The notes: generated by a model from the sequence alone, not told the origin. DNA of 49,229 nucleotides from Clostridia bacterium (GCA_036659935.1 JAVXBP010000003.1:1-49229), one strand, 5' to 3'; counted from the stretch's first letter, positions 1-8,974 are shown. Program-made: numbers and translations.

Positions 1-70
1 TAGTCTCCCTATGTGCCTGCGACTAAAAGTCGGCTTGACGATATTATTCGCTCATTTTCACGCCCAAAAC

Positions 71-250
71 TTACCAGTCTTCTTTGTGGGAAAGCTTTAT
101 GTCCGTGTAAAATTCTTTATAATGTTTCTTAAAAGATTCGGCATTACTGTCGAACTTGTTGGCATCGTCAAGAGAACAAAAGTCGTCAATAAGGTCTTGA
201 CAATCTTCGTCATAATGTTCGGCCATTTTCATAAGTTCATAATTTGTCAT
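71..250 (-). CDS. Small acidic hypothetical protein (59 aa), translationally coupled to hprK
   Basis: Hand-translated ORF MTNYELMKMAEHYDEDCQDLIDDFCSLDDANKFDSNAESFKKHYKEFYTDIKLSHKEDW*; its ATG overlaps the hprK TGA (ATGA); not in the supplied ORF track, whose shortest entries are 60 aa. Confidence 0.7.
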   Translation of the reverse strand: MTNYELMKMAEHYDEDCQDLIDDFCSLDDANKFDSNAESFKKHYKEFYTDIKLSHKEDW

Positions 251-1206
251 AAGTCAAAACCTACCTTTTTTTTGAGAGTGTCGATAGGGTCATAGCCAAA
301 TTCTTTCAATCGAAAATGGCGAGAGGCGACTTCGACGATAACGGCAAGATTGCGCCCTGCCATAACGGGAATGGTCATTTTTGGCAAGGACATTCCGAGA
401 ATTTCTTCGGACTGAATGTCACTGCCGAGGCGTTCTACGACAGAATCTTCCGTCAACTTTTCTAGGTGAATAATAAGGTTTATATCTTCGTTGTTGAGAA
501 CAGAACCGACGCCAAACATACTTCTGACGTCAATAATTCCGATACCTCTGACTTCCATAAGGAATTTGATATTCTCGGGCGCTTCGCCGACAAGCTCGTT
601 TTTGTAGCGTTTGATAATGACGGCGTCGTCCGCGACAAGTCTGTGACCGCGGTGAATAAGCTCAAGCGCAGTCTCACTTTTTCCCATTCCGCTATCGCCA
701 GTGAGCAGCACGCCAGTGCCGTTGATATTGAGCAATGTGCCGTGATAAATGCACGACGGCGCAAGCAATTTGTCGAGATAGTTGGCGATTTCTCCATTCA
801 AAGTCGTGGTAATCATATCCGACGACATAATTGGCACTTTGTATTTCTGCGCAAATTCCAACGCGATTGCGTTTGGTTCAATTCCACGGGAATAAATTAC
901 GCACGGAATGTGTCTCGAAAACAATCTTTCCAAAGCCGAGCGCTTTTTGAATTCTGACAATGTCTCAAAATAATAATGCTCCGCATAACCAATAATTTGC
1001 ACTCGATTGTTGCCAAAATAATTTTCAAAACCAGCCAAAAGCAAGCCTGGTCGATTGACCAAGACGGACTTTAGAACGATTGTATCTTCTTCTTTGCCAA
1101 GCAACAATTGCAAGTCGCACTCATCGCAAAACTGCTTGAGCGTAACTTGTTCGCAACGCGCGTCTTCGGCGCGGTTTTCGTCATTGTCAAAAATATTATT
1201 ATCCAT
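247..1206 (-). CDS. hprK: HPr(Ser) kinase/phosphorylase
   Basis: NRPGL..GF N-terminal motif, HG..GVLLTGDSGMGKSETALELIHRGHRLVADD Walker A signature, EVRGIGII, GRNLAVIVE. Confidence 0.97.
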   Translation of the reverse strand: MDNNIFDNDENRAEDARCEQVTLKQFCDECDLQLLLGKEEDTIVLKSVLVNRPGLLLAGFENYFGNNRVQIIGYAEHYYFETLSEFKKRSALERLFSRHIPCVIYSRGIEPNAIALEFAQKYKVPIMSSDMITTTLNGEIANYLDKLLAPSCIYHGTLLNINGTGVLLTGDSGMGKSETALELIHRGHRLVADDAVIIKRYKNELVGEAPENIKFLMEVRGIGIIDVRSMFGVGSVLNNEDINLIIHLEKLTEDSVVERLGSDIQSEEILGMSLPKMTIPVMAGRNLAVIVEVASRHFRLKEFGYDPIDTLKKKVGFDL

Positions 1207-1332
1207 TTTTTCTCCACATTAGCAAACAAAAAAATGTTTATAATGTTTGTATTGTTTTTTTTTAACAAAATTTATTATATTGATTGTTAATTTTTTAAAC
1301 GAATTTTTATTTTTTCCAAACTTTTTCAAATA

Positions 1333-1397
1333 AAAAACGCTTATATTTTTTTGTTTTTTCCATACATTTCCATATAAGAAAAACGCTTATATTTTTT
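1333..1397. repeat. Direct repeat (19 nt identical, period 46) spanning the Cof stop codon
   Basis: aaaaacgcttatatttttt at 1333-1351 and 1379-1397. Confidence 0.75.
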
Positions 1398-2214
1398 GTT
1401 CTTTCAAGCAAAATTTCTCGATAATTTGCGCAACAGCGTTGTCGTTGCAATCTTTTGCGATAAAGTCGGCGCATTCTTTTGTCTTGTCGAAAGCGTTTGC
1501 GACAGCCACGCCAAGACCGCCATAAGATATCATCGAGATATCGTTTTCCGAGTCGCCAATACAAATAATTTCTTCTCTGTCGAACCCGCATTCTTTGCAA
1601 ATTTGAGCGACAGCCTTGCCCTTGTTGATATCTTTGGGCATAAGTTCCAAAATAGTTTTGCCAGACTTTGCAAAGTCAATCTTGTCGCCAAAAAGTTTTT
1701 CGCCATTGCGAGCGATTGTTTCCGTGCCACTTTCCGTCGACAAAACAATCAATTTTGTTGGCAAAACGCCCGTTGTAGAAAAATATTCTTCCAAACTCAT
1801 ATTGAGCGGAGTATAATCAATCGCGCAAATTTTTGCAAACAAGTCAAAATATTCACTTTTGCAAGTGGTAAAACATTTGTCGTCATAATAAAAACCAACA
1901 AACGCGTCTTGGAGCGAGTCAATATATTTTGCCGCGGCAAGAGAAAGTTGGCTGTCAAAAGTGTAGCCATAGAGTTCTTTTTCGCTGGCTATATCATAAA
2001 TTCCGCCCCCTTGACGAACGATAACTTCGCCGTCAAAAAGCTCAAGCGCATTCAAATGCAGTTTTATTGAGCGGAACAACCTGCCCGTCGCGATTACAAA
2101 CTTGCCGCCATTGGCGATATATTTGTGTATCGCGCTTTTGTCTTGTTGAGAGATAGTAAAATCATCTCTGTACAAAGTGCCATCAAAGTCACAAAAAATT
2201 GCTTTATATTTCAT
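1387..2214 (-). CDS. Cof-type HAD-IIB family hydrolase
   Basis: DFDGTL motif I, ATGR motif II, NKG and GDSENDISM motifs; start moved to ATG 2214 (MKYKAIFCD). Confidence 0.93.
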   Translation of the reverse strand: MKYKAIFCDFDGTLYRDDFTISQQDKSAIHKYIANGGKFVIATGRLFRSIKLHLNALELFDGEVIVRQGGGIYDIASEKELYGYTFDSQLSLAAAKYIDSLQDAFVGFYYDDKCFTTCKSEYFDLFAKICAIDYTPLNMSLEEYFSTTGVLPTKLIVLSTESGTETIARNGEKLFGDKIDFAKSGKTILELMPKDINKGKAVAQICKECGFDREEIICIGDSENDISMISYGGLGVAVANAFDKTKECADFIAKDCNDNAVAQIIEKFCLKEQKI

Positions 2215-2220
2215 ATATCT

Positions 2221-2249
2221 ATTGTAATATATTTCTTGCCTTTTGTCAA
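2221..2249 (-). promoter_or_regulatory. Sigma-A promoter of the Cof gene, leaderless geometry
   Basis: TTGACA-17nt-TACAAT-6nt-ATG, no SD. Confidence 0.8.
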
Positions 2250-2299
2250 TCTTTGTGGAAAGCAAATAGCGGTTTTTTGATTATTCGACAATTTGCAAC

Positions 2300-4147
2300 T
2301 TAATTGTTTTGCTCTTTGTGGAAATGTTGGAAAATGTTTTTCGCCAGCTCCAGCGTTATGCCTTTGACAACGGACAATTCTTCCACGCTGGCGGTTTTGA
2401 TATTTTTTATCGAGCCAAAGTTGGACAACAAAATTTTCGCTTTGCTCTCGCCGATACCTTCGATATCCAACAAAACGCTGTGTGTTTGGCGCTTCGCCCT
2501 TTGGTCGCGGTGGAAAGTAATCGCAAACCTGTGAGCTTCGTCGCGCAATCTTTGCAAGAGTTTTATCGCGTAACTCGACTTTGAAATAAAAACTGGGTTT
2601 GGGTTGTCGGGCAAATAAATATCTTCTTCGCGCTCGGCAAGACTGACAAATTGTATGCCGTCGATATCGAATTTGCGCGCGACTTCCATAACACTGCTCA
2701 GTTGTCCCTTTCCGCCGTCGATAACAATCAAGTCAGGTCGCGACTTAAAGCTTTCGTCCATTTCGTCCTTGTCGCACATATGAGTGAGACGCCTTTTTAT
2801 CGTTTCTTGCAAGCTGGCAAAATCGTTGTTGCCGTCAACGTCTTTTATTTTGAATTTGCGATAATGTTGCCTGCGTGGCAGTCCGCTCTCGAAAACAACC
2901 ATTGAGCCGACCTTGTCCGTGCCTTGTATATGCGATATATCATAACACTCCATTCTCAACGGCATTTTTTTCATTTGCAACACTTCTTGCAACTGCATAA
3001 CCGCGCCTATGGTCATATTGTCCTCTCTTTCTTGCATCGAAAGTGACTTTGTAAGATAATCTTGCGCGTTGTTCTGAGAAATGTCGGCAAGTTGTCGCCT
3101 TACGCCTTGTTTTGGGCAAACAATATTCACCTTTGAACCTTTTTGTCCCGACAAATATTCCGTCAAAACGTCCACGTCTTCTATCTCGATTGCTGTTATA
3201 ATCTCTTGCGCAATATAACTTATTGTGTCATAATAACGCATAATAAAGTTGCTCAAAACCACTTTTTCGTCTTGAATTATATCGAAAACAATTTGTTTGT
3301 CTCCGCCGACAAGCTTGCCACCGCGAACAAACAAAACCGAAACAACTGTGTTCAAGCCGTTGGACGCGATAGAAAAAATGTCCATATCGAAATCTTTTGG
3401 CAAGGCTGTGACTTGCTTTCTGACAAGTTTGTCCAAGACGGCAAGTTGCTTTTTGTAATCAAGCGCAAGCTCATAATTTTCGTTTTCTGACGCGCAAAGC
3501 ATTTTATCTTCTAACAATTTGGTCACATTCTTATCATTGCCGTTCAAAAACGCGATGACTTCTTCAATAATTTTGCCATATTCTGCCGCGGAAATTTTGC
3601 CTACGCACGGCGCTTTGCACTTTTCCATATGATAATTGAGACATGGACGGAAAGCGCGCGGAAGCTTTGCAAAGTCGTGCTTGCAAGTTCTGAGCGGAAA
3701 GGCAAAATGAATCAAATCAAGAATATCTTTGCTCGATATCCCCTGCATATATGGTCCAAAATATCGCGCGCCGTCATTGCGCAGCTTTCTGATAACTTCT
3801 ACGCGTGGAAATTGTTGCTTGACGTCAATGCGAATAAACGGATAACTTTTGTCGTCTTTGAGCAAAATGTTGTACGGCGGTTTATGTTTTTTGATAAGAT
3901 TGTTTTCGAGAACGAGCGCCTCAATCTCATTGCGCGTGATAATATAATCAAAGTCAGCAATTTTGCTTACCATAGCCAAAACTTTGTTTGTTTTGTTGCC
4001 GAAACTGTTGAAATATTGACTAACTCTGTTTTTGAGAACTTTTGCCTTGCCAATATAAAGTATTTGCTTCTCAGCAGAATACATAATATACACACCGCTT
4101 TGCAGTGGCAAGTCCTTAAGTTTTTCTTTTATTTTCTCGAATTCCAT
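2300..4147 (-). CDS. uvrC: Excinuclease ABC subunit C
   Basis: GIY-YIG N-terminus (GVYIM..YIGKAKVLKNRVSQYF), RMECYDISH, PDLIVIDGGKGQL, LRDEAHRFA, C-terminal HhH. Confidence 0.98.
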   Translation of the reverse strand: MEFEKIKEKLKDLPLQSGVYIMYSAEKQILYIGKAKVLKNRVSQYFNSFGNKTNKVLAMVSKIADFDYIITRNEIEALVLENNLIKKHKPPYNILLKDDKSYPFIRIDVKQQFPRVEVIRKLRNDGARYFGPYMQGISSKDILDLIHFAFPLRTCKHDFAKLPRAFRPCLNYHMEKCKAPCVGKISAAEYGKIIEEVIAFLNGNDKNVTKLLEDKMLCASENENYELALDYKKQLAVLDKLVRKQVTALPKDFDMDIFSIASNGLNTVVSVLFVRGGKLVGGDKQIVFDIIQDEKVVLSNFIMRYYDTISYIAQEIITAIEIEDVDVLTEYLSGQKGSKVNIVCPKQGVRRQLADISQNNAQDYLTKSLSMQEREDNMTIGAVMQLQEVLQMKKMPLRMECYDISHIQGTDKVGSMVVFESGLPRRQHYRKFKIKDVDGNNDFASLQETIKRRLTHMCDKDEMDESFKSRPDLIVIDGGKGQLSSVMEVARKFDIDGIQFVSLAEREEDIYLPDNPNPVFISKSSYAIKLLQRLRDEAHRFAITFHRDQRAKRQTHSVLLDIEGIGESKAKILLSNFGSIKNIKTASVEELSVVKGITLELAKNIFQHFHKEQNN

Positions 4148-4153
4148 ATCTGT

Positions 4154-4182
4154 ATTATATCACAAACTTTTTTGTTTATAAA
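4154..4182 (-). promoter_or_regulatory. Extended -10 sigma-A promoter of uvrC, leaderless geometry
   Basis: TTTATA-17nt (ending TGA)-TATAAT-6nt-ATG, no SD. Confidence 0.7.
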
Positions 4183-4237
4183 GGTATATTTGCAATTTTA
4201 TTTTGGAGTTTTTTCTTTGTAATTTTTCTTGACTTTG

Positions 4238-4321
4238 CGACCGACCGCGGTCAAGCGTTTTTTGAACAATATTTCACGGTAATTTTATTGGCAAATCGAC
4301 CGACCGCATTCAAGCGTTTTT
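4238..4321. repeat. Direct repeat (23/25 nt, period 59) spanning the ArsR-gene stop codon
   Basis: cgaccgaccgcggtcaagcgttttt (4238-4262) vs cgaccgaccgcattcaagcgttttt (4297-4321). Confidence 0.85.
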
Positions 4322-4684
4322 CTTGGAATATATTCCATTTGACTTGTTCAAATTGTCCACGCCCGTCAACATAACGTCATTGACAAAAGGATTGACAATT
4401 CTATACATTATCATTCTCCCTTCTCGACGCGATTCCACAATGCCACTGTCGCGCAAAAGTTTGAGCTGATGAGAAATTGTGGTTTGATTCTGTTCCAACA
4501 AAACGCACAAATCAAGCACGCAAAGTTCCGTAACCGACAGCGCGGACAAAATTTTGAGCCTTGTGCTGTCAGAAAAGACAAAATAAAAGTTGGCAATGCC
4601 CTTCACCGCGCCATTCGGTGGCAAAAAATCTCTTATGCTTTTTTCCTGTTGCGAATTAAGCGTCAGGCACTCTTGAATATTCAT
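4310..4684 (-). CDS. ArsR/SmtB family transcriptional regulator
   Basis: FSDSTRLKILSAL..ELCVLDL..ISHQLKLLR..GIVESRREG winged-HTH signature; GAGGTG SD before ATG 4684. Confidence 0.93.
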   Translation of the reverse strand: MNIQECLTLNSQQEKSIRDFLPPNGAVKGIANFYFVFSDSTRLKILSALSVTELCVLDLCVLLEQNQTTISHQLKLLRDSGIVESRREGRMIMYRIVNPFVNDVMLTGVDNLNKSNGIYSKKNA

Positions 4685-4726
4685 ATATGCACCTCTGTTC
4701 ATTTATAGTTTTATAATATCACAGTA

Positions 4727-4753
4727 ACAAAAATTTTTTTACGGCATATTGTA
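4727..4753 (+). promoter_or_regulatory. Putative mother-cell sporulation (SigK/SigE-type) promoter
   Basis: AC-16nt-CATATTGTA matches the B. subtilis SigK consensus AC-N16-CATAnnnTA, upstream of the Cys-rich gene. Confidence 0.55.
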
Positions 4754-4787
4754 ACTATATGAGACATTTTGTCAAAGGAGGTATCAT

Positions 4788-5114
4788 ATGTCAAATTGTT
4801 TATGGATTGTATTACTGCTTCTCACTTGTGGTGGGTGCGGTGGCAACTCAAGTTGTGGGTGCGGTTGCGGAAGCTCTGCAAACACACAAACCAACGACTG
4901 CGGTTGTGGGTCTTATGAGTCAGCTTGCAACAACAGCTCTTGTGGCTGCAACAATAGCTGTGGCTGCGGAAATAACTGCGGTTGCGGTGGCGGTGGCAAC
5001 AGTATGTGGATAATTCTACTCTTGTTGCTCATGGGCGGAAACTGCGGTGGCGGTGGCGGCTGTGGTTGCGGTTGCCAACAAAACAACAACTGCGGTTGTG
5101 GTTGCGCTCGCTAA
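4788..5114 (+). CDS. Cys/Gly/Asn-rich small protein with two hydrophobic WI(V/I)LLLL segments; probable spore coat/exosporium protein
   Basis: Strong AAGGAGGT SD, 22 Cys in 108 aa in CGC repeats, SigK-like promoter, followed by a terminator. Confidence 0.75.
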   Translation: MSNCLWIVLLLLTCGGCGGNSSCGCGCGSSANTQTNDCGCGSYESACNNSSCGCNNSCGCGNNCGCGGGGNSMWIILLLLLMGGNCGGGGGCGCGCQQNNNCGCGCAR

Positions 5115-5134
5115 TCTTATTACATAATTCTAGC

Positions 5135-5162
5135 AAAAAACTCGTCCTAGGACGAGTTTTTT
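5135..5162. terminator. Bidirectional intrinsic terminator
   Basis: Perfect 28-nt palindrome aaaaaactcgtcctaggacgagtttttt between convergent genes. Confidence 0.88.
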
Positions 5163-5190
5163 CGTTTGTTTTTTTGAGTTTGAACAGCAA

Positions 5191-6588
5191 TTAAACTATT
5201 TGAATGCCCTTGCTTGGGTCAGCGATATCGCTGTCAACCTTGTGCTTGTTTGCCGCGCGGAACTTAAAGTAGTTTGTAGCAACTTCTGGGAACAAAGCGT
5301 AAGACAAAACATCTTCTTCTTGTTCGGTATATTGCTTGCATTCTTCTCTATATTTTTCCAACTCAGGTTGCAACAAGTCAGCAGGACGGCAAGTAATTCT
5401 TTCTTCGTCGCCGATAATTTGTTTGATAACAGCTGGGTCAGGCTCAGACGGAAGGTGACCATATTTGCCACGAAGAACGTCTTTTGTCTCGTTGGTAACC
5501 ATTTTGTATCTTTCGCCATTGATAACGTTGAACACTGCTTGCGTACCAACAATTTGGCTCGTTGGAGTAACAAGTGGTGGGTAGCCCATATCTTTTCTTA
5601 CATTTGGAACTTCTGCCAAAACTTGCTCATATTTGTCGAGAGCGCCAAGTTTTTTGAGCTGTCCAACAAGGTTGGAAAGCATTCCGCCCGGCACTTGATA
5701 AATCAACGCGTTAACGTCGGTTTTGAGTGACTTTTCTGTCAACCAACCGTCTTTTTTGAGTCTTTCTGCGACTTCTACAAAGTGCGCGGAAATGTCATTC
5801 AACTTTTTGATATCAAGTCCAGTCGCGTAAGGAGAATTCTCCAACGCAGCGACCATAGGCTCGGTTGCAGGTTGAGATGTGCCGTTGCCCATTGGGGTAA
5901 GCGCTGTGTCAATGATATCAACGCCAGCCTCGATAGCTTTCATATAAGTTTGGTTGCCGACACCAGATGTTTGGTGTGTGTGCAAGTGCAACAATGTTGT
6001 AGGTTTCAAAGCCTTTTTCATATCTTTGACAAGGTCATATGCGACATAAGGAAGCAAAATGCCTGCCATATCTTTGATACAAATATTGTCAGCGCCCATA
6101 TCTTCGAGCTTTTTTGCAAGCTCGACAAACTTTTCGTTTGTGTGGAAAGGACTTGTTGTATAAGAAATTGTAGCCTCGCAAATTCCGCCATATTTTTTGC
6201 AGCTTACGATTGCTTGACGCATATTCTCAGGGTCATTCAACGCGTCGAAAATTCTTATTATGTCAATTCCGTTTTTGATAGAAAGCTTTACAAACTCGTC
6301 AACAACGTCGTCGGCATAGTGCTTATATCCAAGGATATTTTGTCCACGAAGAAGCATTTGAAGCTTTGTTTTTGGCATAGCCTTGCGCAATTGGCGCAAT
6401 CTTTCCCAAGGGTCTTCATTCAAGAATCTCAGGCAAGAGTCAAAAGTTGCTCCGCCCCAACATTCCAAAGAATAGAAGCCAATGTCGTCAAGTTGTTGCG
6501 CGACAGGCAACATTTCGTCAAGTCTCATTCTAGTAGCGGCTTGCGATTGATGCGCGTCTCTCAAAATAGTTTCTGTAATTTTTACCAT
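5191..6588 (-). CDS. oadA: Oxaloacetate decarboxylase alpha / pyruvate carboxylase subunit B-type carboxyltransferase (no fused biotin domain)
   Basis: ETILRDAHQS, ECWGGATFD, LLRGQN, IKDMAG, HLHTH, QVPGGMLSNL, YPPLVTPTSQIVG. Confidence 0.93.
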   Translation of the reverse strand: MVKITETILRDAHQSQAATRMRLDEMLPVAQQLDDIGFYSLECWGGATFDSCLRFLNEDPWERLRQLRKAMPKTKLQMLLRGQNILGYKHYADDVVDEFVKLSIKNGIDIIRIFDALNDPENMRQAIVSCKKYGGICEATISYTTSPFHTNEKFVELAKKLEDMGADNICIKDMAGILLPYVAYDLVKDMKKALKPTTLLHLHTHQTSGVGNQTYMKAIEAGVDIIDTALTPMGNGTSQPATEPMVAALENSPYATGLDIKKLNDISAHFVEVAERLKKDGWLTEKSLKTDVNALIYQVPGGMLSNLVGQLKKLGALDKYEQVLAEVPNVRKDMGYPPLVTPTSQIVGTQAVFNVINGERYKMVTNETKDVLRGKYGHLPSEPDPAVIKQIIGDEERITCRPADLLQPELEKYREECKQYTEQEEDVLSYALFPEVATNYFKFRAANKHKVDSDIADPSKGIQIV

Positions 6589-6613
6589 ATTAACACCTCA
6601 TAAATTCAGTTGA

Positions 6614-8086
6614 TTAAGCGAATATTGCGAGCAATACGCCTGCTGCAACTGCCGAACCGATAACGCCAGCGACGTTTGGTCCCATTGCGTGCATAAGAAG
6701 ATAGTTGTTTGGATTTTCTTCTTGCCCGACGTTGTGAGCTATTCTCGCCGCCATAGGAACAGCGGAAACGCCCGCCGCGCCAATAAGCGGATTGATTTTG
6801 CCATGTGACAGCTTGCACATAATTTTGCCGATAAGCAAACCACCAACAGTGCCAAACGCGAAAGCGAACACACCGATAAGAATGATAAGCAACGTTTGTG
6901 TTGTCAAGAACACGTCAGCCGTAGCCTTTGTGCCGACAAGCAAGCCCAACAAGATAGTAACAATGTTGATTATCTCATTTTTTGCCGTATTTGTCAATCT
7001 TGGGACAACATTTGATTCTTTCATCAAGTTGCCGAGCATCAACATTCCAAGCAAAGGAATTGCGCTTGGCAAAATAATGCCAACAATGCCCGTTACTGCG
7101 ATTGGGAAAACGACTTTTTCGAGCTTTGATACTGGACGCAATTGCTCCATAACAACGCTTCTTTCTTTCTTTGTCGTCATCAATCTCATGATTGGCGGTT
7201 GAATAACCTTTATCAAAGCCATATACGAATATGCCGCGACCGCGATAGCAGGCAACAAGTGCGCCGCAAGTTTGGTTGTAACATAGATAGCTGTAGGACC
7301 GTCAGCGCCACCAATAATACCGATAGCGGCAGCTTCTTCGCCCGTAAAGCCAATGTTTATCGCGATAATAAATGTTACGAAAATGCCGAGTTGCGCCGCA
7401 GCGCCCATAAGCAAACTCTTTGGATTGGCTATCAACGGACCAAAGTCAGTCATAGCGCCAATGCCCAAGAATATCAACGGCGGATAAATAACCCATTCTA
7501 CGCCCTTATAGAGATAGAAGAACATTCCTTGATCCGCTACAACTTCGTGTGTAAGGTTGAGAGATTTGAGCAAGTCAACACCGCCCAAAGCGCCCACGTT
7601 TGCGATTTGTGTCTGGAAGCCGCCAATTGTATTGCGAATCGCTTCTTCGACAGCAGTGAGTTGAGCAAGATAACTGCCCGATGCGTCAACGCCAAAAATT
7701 TTGACAAGTTGATCAAGCGTGCCTGTTATCGCGACGCCTCCCGCTCCGGTCAAGAATACTCCCGACTCATTCACAATGCCAGCGCTGACCAAAGCTTGCA
7801 GCTGTTCAGCAGTGCCTTGGAAAAGCGCAGTATATCCGGCAGTGCCATACAAAATATTGTACGCGCCAGGTATATTGATAATAAACATACCAAAACCAAT
7901 AGCAAGCAGCAGGTTCGGCTCAAATTCTTTGGCTACGGCAAGATAGATCAACACGCACGCGATAAGCATCATTATCAAATTCTGCCATATCGGAGTTGTC
8001 GACGTCATAAAGCCGGTGCTTTCCCAAAGATTTTTGAGAGAATCTACCAACATATTGGACGGTAATGTGGTAAAGAAGTTTAACAT
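6614..8086 (-). CDS. oadB: Na+-translocating decarboxylase beta subunit
   Basis: FEPNLLL, PPLIFLGIGAMTDFGPLIANP, IGIIGGADGPT, AAYSYMAL, GVSAVPMAAR, HAMGPNVAGVIGSA. Confidence 0.96.
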   Translation of the reverse strand: MLNFFTTLPSNMLVDSLKNLWESTGFMTSTTPIWQNLIMMLIACVLIYLAVAKEFEPNLLLAIGFGMFIINIPGAYNILYGTAGYTALFQGTAEQLQALVSAGIVNESGVFLTGAGGVAITGTLDQLVKIFGVDASGSYLAQLTAVEEAIRNTIGGFQTQIANVGALGGVDLLKSLNLTHEVVADQGMFFYLYKGVEWVIYPPLIFLGIGAMTDFGPLIANPKSLLMGAAAQLGIFVTFIIAINIGFTGEEAAAIGIIGGADGPTAIYVTTKLAAHLLPAIAVAAYSYMALIKVIQPPIMRLMTTKKERSVVMEQLRPVSKLEKVVFPIAVTGIVGIILPSAIPLLGMLMLGNLMKESNVVPRLTNTAKNEIINIVTILLGLLVGTKATADVFLTTQTLLIILIGVFAFAFGTVGGLLIGKIMCKLSHGKINPLIGAAGVSAVPMAARIAHNVGQEENPNNYLLMHAMGPNVAGVIGSAVAAGVLLAIFA

Positions 8087-8101
8087 TTTGCCTCCAATCT
8101 A

Positions 8102-8506
8102 TTATGCAATGGTGCAAAGAACTGCGCCAGAATCGATGTTTGTTCCTACTTGAATGTTATATGTGATAACACCTGCGCTTGGCGCAACAATAGGAGTATC
8201 CATTTTCATAGCTTCGAGAATAACGATTTGTTCGCCAGCTTTGACTGTTGAGCCGTCAGCGACACAAAGCTTCTTGACAAGACCAGGCATTTGTGATTTT
8301 ACAGGCGCGCCGTTTGCAGGAGCGACATCTTTCTTTGCTACTGGAGCTGCCACTGGAGCTGCCACTGGAGCGGCAACTGGAGCGACTACTGGAGCAGCTG
8401 CTTGAGCGACTGCAGCGACAGGAGTTGCAACAACTCCGCTTGCTGATATTTCTTCTACTTCTACGGCAAAGCTTTTTCCGTTTACATTAACATTAAATTT
8501 ACGCAT
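8102..8506 (-). CDS. Biotin carboxyl carrier subunit of Na+-pumping decarboxylase
   Basis: VNVNGKSFAVEVEE N-terminus, Ala/Pro-rich linker (APVA repeats), EAMKM biotinylation motif. Confidence 0.95.
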   Translation of the reverse strand: MRKFNVNVNGKSFAVEVEEISASGVVATPVAAVAQAAAPVVAPVAAPVAAPVAAPVAKKDVAPANGAPVKSQMPGLVKKLCVADGSTVKAGEQIVILEAMKMDTPIVAPSAGVITYNIQVGTNIDSGAVLCTIA

Positions 8507-8523
8507 AATAATTTTTTCTCCTA

Positions 8524-8967
8524 TTATTTTATTTCTTTGATTGAGCGAACTCTAAATGAAAGGTTGCTCTTGTACTCTATGTTTTGAGCGTCATAGAAAG
8601 CTGTCAACGCCGCCATAATTGCCGCGACCGTTTCTTCTTCCTCATTGTTGTTGTTTTGCGATATGATTGGTTGAATTTCTTCTTGAACCTCAACGTTCGT
8701 TTGCTTTTTGCTTTCCAACTTGTTGATATAAACCATCAACAACTTCATAAGATTAATAATCAATATCAATGCGAACAGCACTACAAATACCATTCCTATG
8801 CCAAGCAAAGCGACCTGAAGCCCAAGCAAAATTCTTTGTCCAATGTCCATATTTGCGATGCCGAGTCCGTCAGGGTTGCCATAAGTCATCTCGCAACCAG
8901 TGAACACGCTCAACATACAAACAAGAACAAGAGCAAATAAAATTATTAATTTTGCTTTTTTGTTCAT
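8524..8967 (-). CDS. oadG: OadG/MmdD-family membrane anchor subunit with a lipoprotein-like signal peptide
   Basis: ALLGIGMVFVVLFALILII TM helix, EEETVAAIMAAL and FRVRSIK C-terminal motifs; GAGGTG SD before ATG 8967. Confidence 0.85.
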   Translation of the reverse strand: MNKKAKLIILFALVLVCMLSVFTGCEMTYGNPDGLGIANMDIGQRILLGLQVALLGIGMVFVVLFALILIINLMKLLMVYINKLESKKQTNVEVQEEIQPIISQNNNNEEEETVAAIMAALTAFYDAQNIEYKSNLSFRVRSIKEIK

Positions 8968-8974
8968 ATTCACC

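Noticed and set aside
8320-8410. APVA tandem repeats as a novel repeat element
   Set aside because: Ala/Pro-rich linkers are normal in biotin carrier subunits
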